Virus record (IMG/VR): IMGVR_UViG_3300022885_000003
Location: 32,001-96,000 of that record
Strand: one strand, 5' to 3'
Source: a virus
DNA length: 64,000 bases
Part shown: positions 17,852-28,112 of the stretch, piece by piece
Numbering within the stretch: position 1 is the first letter of the stretch
How the letters are laid out: every line of letters begins with the position of its first letter
Notes under the pieces: model-generated
Database searches by the model: none
Seen by the model: only the letters and a program-made list of their open reading frames with translations
Told to the model about the DNA's origin: nothing
Made by a program: the position numbers and the translations under genes

Positions 17852-20272
17852 TTATGCTCCTGGAATTGGTGGTAAGTTTCCACCACCCGCCACGTCTGCA
17901 ATTGCCATATAAATGTGTGTTGATGCACTATTTATAACAGAAGCATTCCGGATTTTGAAACCATCACTAAGAAGGTCAACTGAATATGCATTATCAGGTG
18001 ATGCAGAATTTGAAAGGTTTGCCCATAATGGGTTAGTTGATGGGTTAATTGTATTGCGTTGCGTGTCAAAAATCCACCAATCGCTTGCTGCGGTGTCTTT
18101 AATAAGTAGCCAACGAGGCTTAAACCCTGTTCTAATATATGGTCCGTTAGCACTACTGTTACCTTCAAATGATCCAACATCACAAACACCAGGAACCGAC
18201 CTAAATGCATATGAAATATAATTTCCCGCATTAACATTAATATTGCTGCTAACAGTCATTGATGAACTAGTTGGTGGTGTATTAGCATGAACATTGTTAC
18301 CATCGGTGAATAACCCGTTAGTCAAATTCAGTAACAGATATGAATTATTTGTGGACAAATCCATACCAATGTTATTTGTCCAAAAATACCATGCATTTGA
18401 TGTACCTCTAGATTTTGCAATGATTGCATCTGGAGCGCCAGGCAAACCATGCCCGATAGTTGCAACCGATCCATCACCAGTATATGTCATTATACTAAAA
18501 TGCCCAGGAGTGGCAACAGATACGTTCGATGTTATCGACCCAGTTGTGTTTGTTACACTAGCACCACCCGCTAAGTAATTCCATGAAACATAATTTTCTG
18601 AATTCGTATTGACTTGAACATCATTACCAACAGTGAATCCATCAGCATTGAAAGACGCTAAGGCTTCGGCGGCTGTTACTTCAGCGTCTAAGCCATCGCT
18701 TGAGAGGTATTTGGTTGTACCTCTAACAACGTCAGTAAGAATATGTTGGTCAGCTGCCGATGTGTTCTTAATCCAAGTAAAATCAGGCTGGAATCCTGCG
18801 CCAGTTACAGCGTTACCACCCGATCCGATTGCTGTTCCGTTTCCTGTATAAAGAACTGTTTCAAAGAAGTCAACGCCTTGGAATGTTGGTGTTGGCAAGT
18901 TTGCTGAGTTGATCGGCAAGAAACCAGCTGTTGGTGTGTCTTGGAAATCAACTAAATCAAATATAAAATCAAAAGTTGGTGAAAGATAACGGACCGCTAT
19001 TGGGAACCATGTTTCATTGCTGTTTATTGCAATTGTTCCTTGGCTTACATTATCCTTGAAAAATTCAATTTCATCCGCGTCAGCATCTAATTCAACACGG
19101 ATCCGATTGGAAGATGTGTATGAGTCCCCGTATGCGGAGTTTGACCCCCCATCAATTGATTTAGTTCCAGAATTTGTGTAAACTATCGCGTGTTGGCTTG
19201 CTATTGCACCATCCAAGCGGGTATCGCCGCCGTATGAATTGGCAATTCCAAACGCCACGTTTGATCCGTTCGTTAACTGAGCTTCCCAGGTATATTTTCC
19301 AGTAGAAATTCCCATCGTGGTCCATACCGCTTCTGTACCACCCGAATTGGATATTGAACCGGATAAGTTTCCATTGCTTAATGTTGCGCGAACTGTTTTA
19401 TGTAGTGTATTAATCACTGGATAAACAAGTGATGGTGTATTGTTAGAACCATTTGTAGCATGAGTCATATTTGATGGTGTAAAGTCGTTTCCATTTGAAC
19501 TTGCGTCAGTTCCATCACCAATGCCATCAGTTAAACAGAATGAATTGCCACCAGCAGCGTCTGCGAGTGCTATTATTTGGTCGTTTGAGGCTGGCGCCCA
19601 CGTGAAGCCATTCGTGCCAACATTAACGAATTCACCAAAATCAAGTTCAGTTAATCCCGTATCTTCAATGAATGCTGGTTGTGCAATATATCCACTAAAA
19701 TGATTGCTTCCTCCTTGCGATCCGATTGTCCATGTAGAGGAACCTAATGGAATAGATGATGGGAATGACACACGGTCATCAATTGAGAAACTGGTTACTT
19801 CTTCACCATTGATGAATAATTCTGAATCTGTTCCTTTAAAATGATAAAGTATATGACACCAACCAATATCCCTAAATTGATGATTAGTTGTTATGGTGGA
19901 AGCGGGGCCTCCGTAAATTTGAAGGAAATCACCACCGTTGGGGATATTAACAAATAGTTGTGTGTTATTTAGGCTAAGTATACCCCACGTCGTTCCGGCA
20001 TCGAATTCGGTTCTAAGAACCCATAAAGAAATCCAACATTCAGTTGTATTCGAAGCAGCATTTGATGTTCGTGTTAAGCGTTGTGAAGAGCTTCTATCAA
20101 ACCAAGCAGATCCACCGATTGATGTCGTATCAAAAGTTATTGGGTTAGCTACATGCCAAGGCCCAGTTTGTGCTTCGGCAGGATATATAGAAGAGTTTCG
20201 AAAAGCATTTCTATCAATAAATGCGGTACGGCCTGAATTAACTTTTACTCTACTATTAATACTTGTTCCCAT
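17852..20272 (-). CDS. LamG + SPRY-like + GFQPD-repeat tail adhesin
   Basis: WCHILY..FINGE (LamG), GKYTWE..FFKD (SPRY-like), YTGNG..GFQPDFTWIK, HGLxxAP, GFKPRWLLIK. Confidence 0.8.
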   Translation of the reverse strand: MGTSINSRVKVNSGRTAFIDRNAFRNSSIYPAEAQTGPWHVANPITFDTTSIGGSAWFDRSSSQRLTRTSNAASNTTECWISLWVLRTEFDAGTTWGILSLNNTQLFVNIPNGGDFLQIYGGPASTITTNHQFRDIGWCHILYHFKGTDSELFINGEEVTSFSIDDRVSFPSSIPLGSSTWTIGSQGGSNHFSGYIAQPAFIEDTGLTELDFGEFVNVGTNGFTWAPASNDQIIALADAAGGNSFCLTDGIGDGTDASSNGNDFTPSNMTHATNGSNNTPSLVYPVINTLHKTVRATLSNGNLSGSISNSGGTEAVWTTMGISTGKYTWEAQLTNGSNVAFGIANSYGGDTRLDGAIASQHAIVYTNSGTKSIDGGSNSAYGDSYTSSNRIRVELDADADEIEFFKDNVSQGTIAINSNETWFPIAVRYLSPTFDFIFDLVDFQDTPTAGFLPINSANLPTPTFQGVDFFETVLYTGNGTAIGSGGNAVTGAGFQPDFTWIKNTSAADQHILTDVVRGTTKYLSSDGLDAEVTAAEALASFNADGFTVGNDVQVNTNSENYVSWNYLAGGASVTNTTGSITSNVSVATPGHFSIMTYTGDGSVATIGHGLPGAPDAIIAKSRGTSNAWYFWTNNIGMDLSTNNSYLLLNLTNGLFTDGNNVHANTPPTSSSMTVSSNINVNAGNYISYAFRSVPGVCDVGSFEGNSSANGPYIRTGFKPRWLLIKDTAASDWWIFDTQRNTINPSTNPLWANLSNSASPDNAYSVDLLSDGFKIRNASVINSASTHIYMAIADVAGGGNLPPIPGA

Positions 20273-20326
20273 AAGTAAAATTTCCTCTTGACATTAATTA
20301 AAATTTCATATATATTTATTTATGCT

Positions 20327-20578
20327 ATGGGTAAAACTATAATACACAAAGAATTGACTGAAAAATATCTAGAATGGGTCGGTACCATTTCATTGATAAC
20401 AGGGGCAATTTTAAGTAGTTTGAACATTTTCCCCTGGAATGTGGTAGCCTTTCTTATGGGTGGAGTTTTTTGGGTTATTCTTGGTAAACTATGGAAGAAA
20501 AATAGTGTCGTTATTCTAAACGCTTCAATGATGTCAATATATATATTTGGAGTAATCAAAGGATTTAATTGGTGGTAA
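20327..20578 (+). CDS. small three-TM membrane protein
   Basis: Three hydrophobic segments; TTGACA upstream. Confidence 0.7.
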   Translation: MGKTIIHKELTEKYLEWVGTISLITGAILSSLNIFPWNVVAFLMGGVFWVILGKLWKKNSVVILNASMMSIYIFGVIKGFNWW

Positions 20579-20581
20579 CGC

Positions 20582-20854
20582 ATGTCAAAAAAGAAATTTG
20601 CTATTGAATGCACAACATATGGTCTCGTTACTGACCACCGTCGACAAAAAGGGTGGATGACAGGAGAAACTAGCTGCCGATGGGTTCTACGAAAACGTCC
20701 AGGAGAATCTGGTCCTGGGTGTATGTCTATTGTTATATTTAAGACCAAGGAAGAAGCAAAAGAATATATCAATACAGAAGTAAAACCCAAAGAGAATAAA
20801 AGTTACCGGATTAGAAAACTTCCTAAGGATATAACAAATACCATGGAGTGGTAA
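20582..20854 (+). CDS. hypothetical basic protein
   Basis: 90-aa ORF in operon context. Confidence 0.6.
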   Translation: MSKKKFAIECTTYGLVTDHRRQKGWMTGETSCRWVLRKRPGESGPGCMSIVIFKTKEEAKEYINTEVKPKENKSYRIRKLPKDITNTMEW

Positions 20855-20875
20855 ATAATAAAAAGGAGAACTATT

Positions 20876-21244
20876 ATGCCTACTGATCCATTTGCATTAC
20901 CTGTACAGAAACCAACAGGACCAACTATTATTAATATCACTGACAGTGCTAAAGAGCATTTTGAAAATCTGCTCAAACAACACAATAAAAAAGCTATTCG
21001 ATTCGGGGTTAAATCTGGAGGTTGCTCAGGTTTTACATATGATATTGATTTTACTGATGAAATTGAAAAGGGTGATGATATCATTCCATTAGAAAATGGA
21101 GATTTTGTTGTAGATGCAGCAAGTATCATGTTTGTAATGGGTGTTGAGGTTGACTGGGTAACCGATATGATGGGATCTAGCTTTAGATTTACCAATCCAA
21201 ATGCAACTGCTTCGTGTGGATGTCAAACAAGCTTTTCAGTATAA
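20876..21244 (+). CDS. iscA: A-type Fe-S carrier (IscA/ErpA/HesB family)
   Basis: GVKSGGCSGFTY, NPNATASCGCQTSF. Confidence 0.93.
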   Translation: MPTDPFALPVQKPTGPTIINITDSAKEHFENLLKQHNKKAIRFGVKSGGCSGFTYDIDFTDEIEKGDDIIPLENGDFVVDAASIMFVMGVEVDWVTDMMGSSFRFTNPNATASCGCQTSFSV

Positions 21245-21534
21245 TGACAACTAGCGAATATTTTGGTAAATATTTTCAAGGACAGAATTGGAAAAAACCT
21301 ACCTTACCCACAATTGATGTTTATTTGTATGGTCATGAAGGCATAGTATTATCATCAATAGATTGGTGCATCAACAATTGCAAGCATAGATGGGGTTGGT
21401 GTTTCGATAATTTTCCACCAAACATAGACGAGATAATAGAAAAACTATCCGCAGATGAGTTTGTACACCGAACACCAATTATGAAATTCGAATCCAAGCA
21501 AGAAGCCATAGAATTTAAACTTTATTGTTTATAG
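21244..21534 (+). CDS. FKLxW-family small protein
   Basis: DWCINNCKHRWGW...FESKQEAIEFKLY. Confidence 0.75.
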   Translation: MTTSEYFGKYFQGQNWKKPTLPTIDVYLYGHEGIVLSSIDWCINNCKHRWGWCFDNFPPNIDEIIEKLSADEFVHRTPIMKFESKQEAIEFKLYCL

Positions 21535-21549
21535 CGAACTTCTCCTGTA

Positions 21550-21557
21550 ATAAATAC
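21550..21557 (+). promoter_or_regulatory. T4-like late promoter (ATAAATA); same motif precedes other late/structural genes
   Basis: (A)TAAATA lies shortly upstream of starts at 21587, 25876, 28113, 39233, 44151, 44986 and 48040, and on the - strand before 8120, 17750, 20272, 61884 and 63033. Confidence 0.7.
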
Positions 21558-21586
21558 TTAGTAGAGTATTCTTACAAGGATTGCGC

Positions 21587-24500
21587 ATGTCTGACATAAA
21601 AAAATATATTGCAGTTACGAAGCCAGGAACAAATGACCAATTTGGTTATTATCTTGCATCAAACCGCATTGAACACACAAATATCACCCCAATGAATAGT
21701 CATTGGATTATAAACTGTACACATAAACAATATATCAGCATTCTCGGACGAAGCGAGATTGTTATCATTGAGGAAGATGTTGAATTTTCAACTTGTGCTG
21801 TTCAAAACTTGAATGGTGTGGTCGATGATAACTGGGGATTGGATCGAATTGATCAACGCTCTACACAATTAAATAATGTTTATAAATTTAATCGGAATGG
21901 TTCAACTGTTGATATTTATGTAATTGATACAGGAATTAAGATTGACCACGAAGAGTTTGGAGGGAGAGCTTCGGTTCTATCCGACTTTGTTAATGAAACT
22001 GGTGTTGCCACAGGTCAAGATGGCAATGGTCACGGAACTCATGTAGCAGCGACAGCGTGTGGTGCAACATACGGTGTCGCAAAAGCGGCGAAAGTCTTTT
22101 CCGCAAAAGCTCTAAATTCAGCAGGAAGTGGTTCAGGTTCAGCTATTATACAAGCTATGAACTCAGTCCTGTCACACCATGTATCCAAAACAAATAATCG
22201 CCCGTCAGTTGCCAATATGAGTATTGGATTTAATGGTCGGGTAACTTCTGTTGATCTAGCAGTTGCAAACTTGGTTAATGCTGGTATAGTTACAATAGTC
22301 GCTGCGGGCAATTCGAATCGACCAGCAATTGAAGTGTCGCCAGCTGGTGCCCCCGAAGCTTTTACGGTTGGTGCTATCGGCTTCGGCGATGCAAGAGCCA
22401 GTTTTTCTAATTTTTCTAGCGGGGATGGGCCAGGAGACGGTGATAGGGGATTCGGAGAAGCTGGTATTTCAAACCTCGGATCAGCGGTTGATGTTTTTGC
22501 ACCTGGTGTTGCTATTCGTAGTGCTGCACCATTTGAAGTACCATCATTCTTCTTGCGCGTTGATGCACCATTTGAAACAATTGTTGGTAGAGTTCCTGCA
22601 GGTGAAACAATTCTATCGACAAGATTTAGAGTATTCTTCCCATATGATGGTACAAGCCGTGTTAGGATTGGGACACGTTCTAACCCTACATTATTATTTG
22701 ATGGTTCCCCTACATTCCTATCAAGAGTCCGAGATCTAAGACTAAATCCAAATATTATCTTACCAACAGATGAGGAAATCATTTTACAATATGAACAAAA
22801 TGATTCTACACAAGGTTCTTTCCAGTCAAACATTACATTATCAACCAAGGATGGAAGTCAAAGATTAAATGGTACGTCAATGGCTTGTCCTCATGCGGTT
22901 GGCGTTGCAGCATTATTCTTAGAAGATAAGCCAAGACCAACAAATTCAACTGGAGTACAAGAAGTTAAAGACTTTATGATCAACAATGCAACGGTTAATT
23001 CAATCCCCGATTTACCGATTGGAACCCCAAATCGGGTATTGTTTAGCTTCTTTGTTGAAGAAGCATCATTCGAGTGGATTACTCTACCAGGAATTATCAG
23101 AAGCCAAGAAGAAAATACCGCTTTTAGCCAAACAGTGGTTGCTAGGTTTGTAGATGAACTCGGAAATGAACAACCGGTTACATACCAAACTAATCCAGAT
23201 TTCCCAGTGTTCTTATCACTAAATCCAATAACAGGTTTACTTACAGGTACCCTCCCTGAAGTCACCGAAGATACCGAATTTGAATTTACATTAACTGCTA
23301 TTGCTCCTGATCTTAGTACAATCGACCAAGTATTTTCTATTAATGTTCTCGATATACCAAACCGACCACCTATATGGGTTACACAACCGAACCAGATAAA
23401 AGTTGGTGTTACGCCACATGACCCAGTAGAAGGCGAAGTGGTTAGTTTCCAATTAGAAGCAACCGACCCTGAAGGATTGCCTATAACTTATTCCCTGCAA
23501 GTTGGTGAAAATCCAAGCAACCCTGGTGAAATTAGAACTTCCGGATTGTTCTTAGATTCTAGCGGATTAATTTCTGGTACTGTATCAAATTTATTGGTAA
23601 ATCAAACAATTTCATTTACCGTTAGAGCAAGTGACGGTGAACTAATTACTGATAGATCATTCTTTATTGACTTGATCGCAGTTAATTCATCTCCTTTATG
23701 GTTCCCATTGGTTGTTAGTGAACCAGTCGAAATATTAACCGCTAGTCAAGGTGATACAATACTTTATGATTTTGCATTATTGACCAATGTTGATCATGCG
23801 GCGGATCCAGACAATGATCCATTGACATTTACTTTAGTTGGTGGCGCTCTTCCGAATGGTACAACACTTTCATCAGATGGTAAATTATCAGGTTCTCTCA
23901 TTGGGAACGGTAATTTTGTCTTCACAATTGAAGTTACTGACACAGTGTTAAGTGCAACACGAGAGTTTTCTGTTGATGTTGCTGAAATTGTAACAAATCA
24001 ACCGCCGGTATGGAATACACCAACCGGAAACATTGTAACAGCAAATGAATTATCATTATTTATTTTCCAACTTAATGCAATTGACCCAGAAGCTGGATTG
24101 GTTACTTATGCGCCCAACCTGCAATTTGGTGAAGAATTCCCCGCTACGCTTAATATATCATCATCCGGATTAATTACCGGTACGTTGCCAAGCATTAATG
24201 AATCAACAAAGGTGTTTACCTTTACAGTAAATGCAAGTGATGGCGTTCTTGTTACACCCAGAGTTTTCGAAATCACCGTAAGTAATGTATCAGGTGATGT
24301 TCCACCCATTTGGATTACTCCGGAAGGTTCATTAGGAACAACCGATGAATGCATTGATGCGATTTTCAAAGTTGAAGCAACTACTGCCGCAGTTTTAATT
24401 GATAGTGATAGTGAAGTAGATTTTGAATTAATCATTCAAGCGTTAACAGTGATTACTGAACTAGATGATCCACTAAATGATTTACCAAATGAAATCATTG

Positions 24501-25819
24501 AGGTACTAGCTGATGCTGGATTTGTATTTGATCCACTTGATCCTGATATTTTATTCCAACCAAAGATCACTTATAGTTTTGATTTACAACCAGGAGAGCA
24601 ATTCCCACCTGGATTAATCCTAAATACAAATACCGGTGAAATTTCAGGAACCCCGTTTGATGTATCAAGTGATACAACCTTTACATTTACAATAGTAGCT
24701 GATAATACTTTCTTCCAAGAGTCAAGAACTTTTTCTATTACTGTACTCGATATAACTGAACCAGAAACGATTAGTGTCGTCGTCCCAATTATGGGAGAAG
24801 ACCGAAGAATATTGCATGATGCGGCCTTGCATTTGTTCATACGTGAAGAAGTTAAGAGTATCAAAGATAGTGAAGAAATATTTGTCCCATTAGCCTTTGA
24901 TTTTGGTTTCACTCCTGAGATCATCCTCAATGAAGAAGATTTGGATGATGAAGATATTGAAAATCTACCGTTTGAAACAACATCAAACTTCGATGATGCG
25001 GGATTTATTACCGCCGAGATCGAAGGAAACACAATCTTTGTTCCAATACAACCACCTGAAAGAGACTCAGACTTTTTTGCTGAGTTTGATATCTTTGGTG
25101 ATACTGTTCCCAGCTTCGGTATTGTGCGAGATCCACACATTTATATGGTCGGTGGTTTGCAGCGTTCATTAAACGTTGGTCAAGAATTGGAAGATTTTTA
25201 TCTAAGCTTAGATGAACATCATAGAAAAGATACGGTTGTGTTTGGTGATTTCAAATCCGTGGTTGTTCGAAACAATGAAGGTGAATATATATACGATGCA
25301 ATTTATGTTGAAGTGCGTGATAGACAAGCAGGGGCGGCATTTGTTCGAACCTATCCACAAGCGCCTGGTCCTGTAAACGCGGTTACACCAATTAACAATT
25401 TGTTCCCACCTTCGTTACTCAATATGCGGGATGGTTTAATTGCAGAAAATGGCTTACCAGGCCAAGAACTCGCGCCAAGATGGCAGAAATCAGAACAAGT
25501 TGAAGGTGAACCTTCTTCGGTACTTGGGTGGACGGCAGCAATTGTTATTGCTTATGCTAAACCAGGGACGGGAGAACGTGTAGTTGATAACGTTTCTCCA
25601 GAAATTAGAAAATTGGTAAGTAATCGACCATTTACTATTGATCGATATAGTGTGTCAACGAAAGCTACACTCACAACTACCACTTTTGATGGTAATACAC
25701 CCACAACGTTTGATGGTAATTTTAATGTTTTTGACGTATTTCAATCACAAATTATTGAAGAGACGTTGGTTAAATTCCCGCCAGGTGATGTGCCAGGAAT
25801 TGCAGCAATTGGTCCATAA
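21587..25819 (+). CDS. subtilisin (S8, proteinase K-like) fused to He_PIG/cadherin-like Ig repeats and a putative virion-anchoring C-terminus
   Basis: Triad VIDTG / HGTHVA / GTSMACPH, oxyanion AAGN; five PxW...G.ISG...FTV.A.D Ig repeats; late promoter. Confidence 0.88.
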   Translation: MSDIKKYIAVTKPGTNDQFGYYLASNRIEHTNITPMNSHWIINCTHKQYISILGRSEIVIIEEDVEFSTCAVQNLNGVVDDNWGLDRIDQRSTQLNNVYKFNRNGSTVDIYVIDTGIKIDHEEFGGRASVLSDFVNETGVATGQDGNGHGTHVAATACGATYGVAKAAKVFSAKALNSAGSGSGSAIIQAMNSVLSHHVSKTNNRPSVANMSIGFNGRVTSVDLAVANLVNAGIVTIVAAGNSNRPAIEVSPAGAPEAFTVGAIGFGDARASFSNFSSGDGPGDGDRGFGEAGISNLGSAVDVFAPGVAIRSAAPFEVPSFFLRVDAPFETIVGRVPAGETILSTRFRVFFPYDGTSRVRIGTRSNPTLLFDGSPTFLSRVRDLRLNPNIILPTDEEIILQYEQNDSTQGSFQSNITLSTKDGSQRLNGTSMACPHAVGVAALFLEDKPRPTNSTGVQEVKDFMINNATVNSIPDLPIGTPNRVLFSFFVEEASFEWITLPGIIRSQEENTAFSQTVVARFVDELGNEQPVTYQTNPDFPVFLSLNPITGLLTGTLPEVTEDTEFEFTLTAIAPDLSTIDQVFSINVLDIPNRPPIWVTQPNQIKVGVTPHDPVEGEVVSFQLEATDPEGLPITYSLQVGENPSNPGEIRTSGLFLDSSGLISGTVSNLLVNQTISFTVRASDGELITDRSFFIDLIAVNSSPLWFPLVVSEPVEILTASQGDTILYDFALLTNVDHAADPDNDPLTFTLVGGALPNGTTLSSDGKLSGSLIGNGNFVFTIEVTDTVLSATREFSVDVAEIVTNQPPVWNTPTGNIVTANELSLFIFQLNAIDPEAGLVTYAPNLQFGEEFPATLNISSSGLITGTLPSINESTKVFTFTVNASDGVLVTPRVFEITVSNVSGDVPPIWITPEGSLGTTDECIDAIFKVEATTAAVLIDSDSEVDFELIIQALTVITELDDPLNDLPNEIIEVLADAGFVFDPLDPDILFQPKITYSFDLQPGEQFPPGLILNTNTGEISGTPFDVSSDTTFTFTIVADNTFFQESRTFSITVLDITEPETISVVVPIMGEDRRILHDAALHLFIREEVKSIKDSEEIFVPLAFDFGFTPEIILNEEDLDDEDIENLPFETTSNFDDAGFITAEIEGNTIFVPIQPPERDSDFFAEFDIFGDTVPSFGIVRDPHIYMVGGLQRSLNVGQELEDFYLSLDEHHRKDTVVFGDFKSVVVRNNEGEYIYDAIYVEVRDRQAGAAFVRTYPQAPGPVNAVTPINNLFPPSLLNMRDGLIAENGLPGQELAPRWQKSEQVEGEPSSVLGWTAAIVIAYAKPGTGERVVDNVSPEIRKLVSNRPFTIDRYSVSTKATLTTTTFDGNTPTTFDGNFNVFDVFQSQIIEETLVKFPPGDVPGIAAIGP

Positions 25820-25875
25820 ATGTTAATTAGGATTAATATAATAAATAATAGAGAATAAATTAAGGAGGCTATTTA

Positions 25876-28056
25876 ATGGCTGTTGGTATTAATAATGGAA
25901 TTTCAGGCACTGATGCCGATGGATTCACTTGGAATAGTGAATATCCAGTTGTTGGGCAAAATAACGATACATTCCAATTTAGATGGAATTGGTGGATTGC
26001 AAAAGTAGCCATTGAAAATCTTCAATCAAAGGTTCTTAGCGTTGCTGGCGACGTAGTTGGTGATTCAAGTATTTTTGATTCCGGTGATGGTGAAGTACCA
26101 TTAATTCTAAATCTTATTGATACTGGGGTTGGTGCAGGTAGTTACTCTTTGGCCTCATTAACCGTTGATTCTAAAGGCAGAATTACCGCAATAAGTGATG
26201 TTTCAAGTGATTACGTCCCAGTTACTGGCGGCAACTTTACGGGCATTGTAACGGTCCCAATGGTCACTGGTGCTAGTCCAGGGTTAGCAGCGGCTACTAA
26301 AGACTATGTTGACCTGGTTGCTGGTGGTGGGGCAGGAACGTTTGTTCTAACCGATGGTTCAGTAACAATGTCATCTGCTCTTGAATATGATGCTCTAGTT
26401 GTTACTTCAAACGATGATCAAGTACCAAATATGGCTGAAGTAAAGAATTATGTTACGCCTATTACAAACGGTTTAATTGCAAACAAGCTCAATATTTCCG
26501 GCGGGACGATGACTGGCAATTTGATTCTCAATGCAGATCCCACACTTGCATTACAGGCGGCTACAAAGGATTATGTTGATACCTTCTTACCTCTTGTTGG
26601 TGGGACATTAACTGGTGATCTAGTTCTTAATGCAGATCCCACACTTCCATTGGGTACGGCTACTAAGCAATATGTCGATAATACAACAATGACATTAGAT
26701 GGCATAAATTCAATGGTTGCAGATCTTGATGCTGGAACAAATAAAGTTATTAATGTGGTTGATCCAACCAATCCTCAAGACGTAGCAACTAAGGCTTATG
26801 TAGATTTTGTTGGGACTGCTTGTGTTGCAATACTTGCCGATGGAACAGTTGCAATGACAGCGGATTTGGACTTAGGAACAAACAAAATTGTTAATGTAGT
26901 TGACCCAGTTTTACCACAGGATTCAGCTACGAAGAATTATGTTGATACCATAACGATGACATTAGATGGCGCCAATTTTATGGCCGCAGATCTTAATGTC
27001 GGGACAAATAAAGTTGTTAACGTAGTAGATCCAATTGACCCACAAGATGCGGCTACTAAGGCTTATGTTGATGCTATTATGTCACCGGATATTTCCGATT
27101 TAATCAAACAAGATGGTACCGTTGCAATGACAGCGGATTTGGACTTAGGAACAAACAAAATTGTTAATGTAGTTGACCCAGTTTTACCACAGGATTCAGC
27201 TACGAAGAATTATGTTGATACCATAACGATGACATTAGATGGCGCCAATTTTATGGCCGCAGATCTTAATGTCGGGACAAATAAAGTTGTTAACGTAGTA
27301 GATCCAATTGACCCACAAGATGCGGCTACTAAGGCTTATGTTGATGCTATTATGTCACCGGATATTTCCGATTTAATCAAACAAGATGGTACCGTTGCAA
27401 TGACAGCGGATTTGGACTTAGGAACAAACAAAATTGTTAATGTAGTTGACCCAGTTTCAGCACAAGATGCAGCCACTAAGAACTACGTTGATACATTTGC
27501 TCCACTAAGTGGTGCCACATTTACAGGTGATATCACACTAAATGCAGATCCTACGGTTGCACTTGGTGCGGCCACTAAGCAATATGTTGATAACACAATA
27601 CCAACTGATCATATAAAGCAAGACGGCACTGTTGCAATGACAGCGGATTTGGACTTGGGAACAAACAAAATTGTTAATGTAGTTGATCCAGTTTCAGCAC
27701 AAGATGCAGCCACTAAGAACTATGTTGATACAAGCATACCAGGAACATTTGAAAGCACACAACAAACGATTACATCAGCTGGACAATTGATTCTATCTCA
27801 TGGCTTATCATCGACCCCATTGTTTATGACTGAGTATTTAATTTGTACAACCGCTGAGCATGGATATACTATCGGTGATAAGGTGTTATTTGGACAGCAA
27901 GGTTCAGGTAGCACATCAGTTGTATTTGATTCAACAAATTTAACGATTAGGTTTGCCAATATTGCTGCGGTTTTCCAAGCGTTAGATAAAACTATTGGGA
28001 ATATTGTTAGCCTCACAAATACTTCATGGAATTATTTGATCGTAGCTCGGACATAA
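25876..28056 (+). CDS. tail fibre-like protein with AATKxYVD repeats
   Basis: More than 10 (D)AATKxYVD motifs, TVDSKGRIT, AAGGAGG RBS, late promoter. Confidence 0.8.
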   Translation: MAVGINNGISGTDADGFTWNSEYPVVGQNNDTFQFRWNWWIAKVAIENLQSKVLSVAGDVVGDSSIFDSGDGEVPLILNLIDTGVGAGSYSLASLTVDSKGRITAISDVSSDYVPVTGGNFTGIVTVPMVTGASPGLAAATKDYVDLVAGGGAGTFVLTDGSVTMSSALEYDALVVTSNDDQVPNMAEVKNYVTPITNGLIANKLNISGGTMTGNLILNADPTLALQAATKDYVDTFLPLVGGTLTGDLVLNADPTLPLGTATKQYVDNTTMTLDGINSMVADLDAGTNKVINVVDPTNPQDVATKAYVDFVGTACVAILADGTVAMTADLDLGTNKIVNVVDPVLPQDSATKNYVDTITMTLDGANFMAADLNVGTNKVVNVVDPIDPQDAATKAYVDAIMSPDISDLIKQDGTVAMTADLDLGTNKIVNVVDPVLPQDSATKNYVDTITMTLDGANFMAADLNVGTNKVVNVVDPIDPQDAATKAYVDAIMSPDISDLIKQDGTVAMTADLDLGTNKIVNVVDPVSAQDAATKNYVDTFAPLSGATFTGDITLNADPTVALGAATKQYVDNTIPTDHIKQDGTVAMTADLDLGTNKIVNVVDPVSAQDAATKNYVDTSIPGTFESTQQTITSAGQLILSHGLSSTPLFMTEYLICTTAEHGYTIGDKVLFGQQGSGSTSVVFDSTNLTIRFANIAAVFQALDKTIGNIVSLTNTSWNYLIVART
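26848..27457 (+). repeat. 273-nt (91-aa) coding tandem duplication, 2 full copies plus a partial third
   Basis: Units begin GTTGCAATGACAGCGG at 26848, 27121 and 27394; a further partial copy at 27631. Confidence 0.92.
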
Positions 28057-28112
28057 TTTCTAAAATTTATCTTTAACGATAAATAATTATAGCAAGATTA
28101 TGGAGTATAATT

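Noticed and set aside
22039-25140. Long antisense ORFs (up to 269 aa) inside the protease gene
   Set aside because: Antisense shadows from codon bias; no RBS or motifs; the same applies to antisense ORFs within 17852-20272 and 28113-31637
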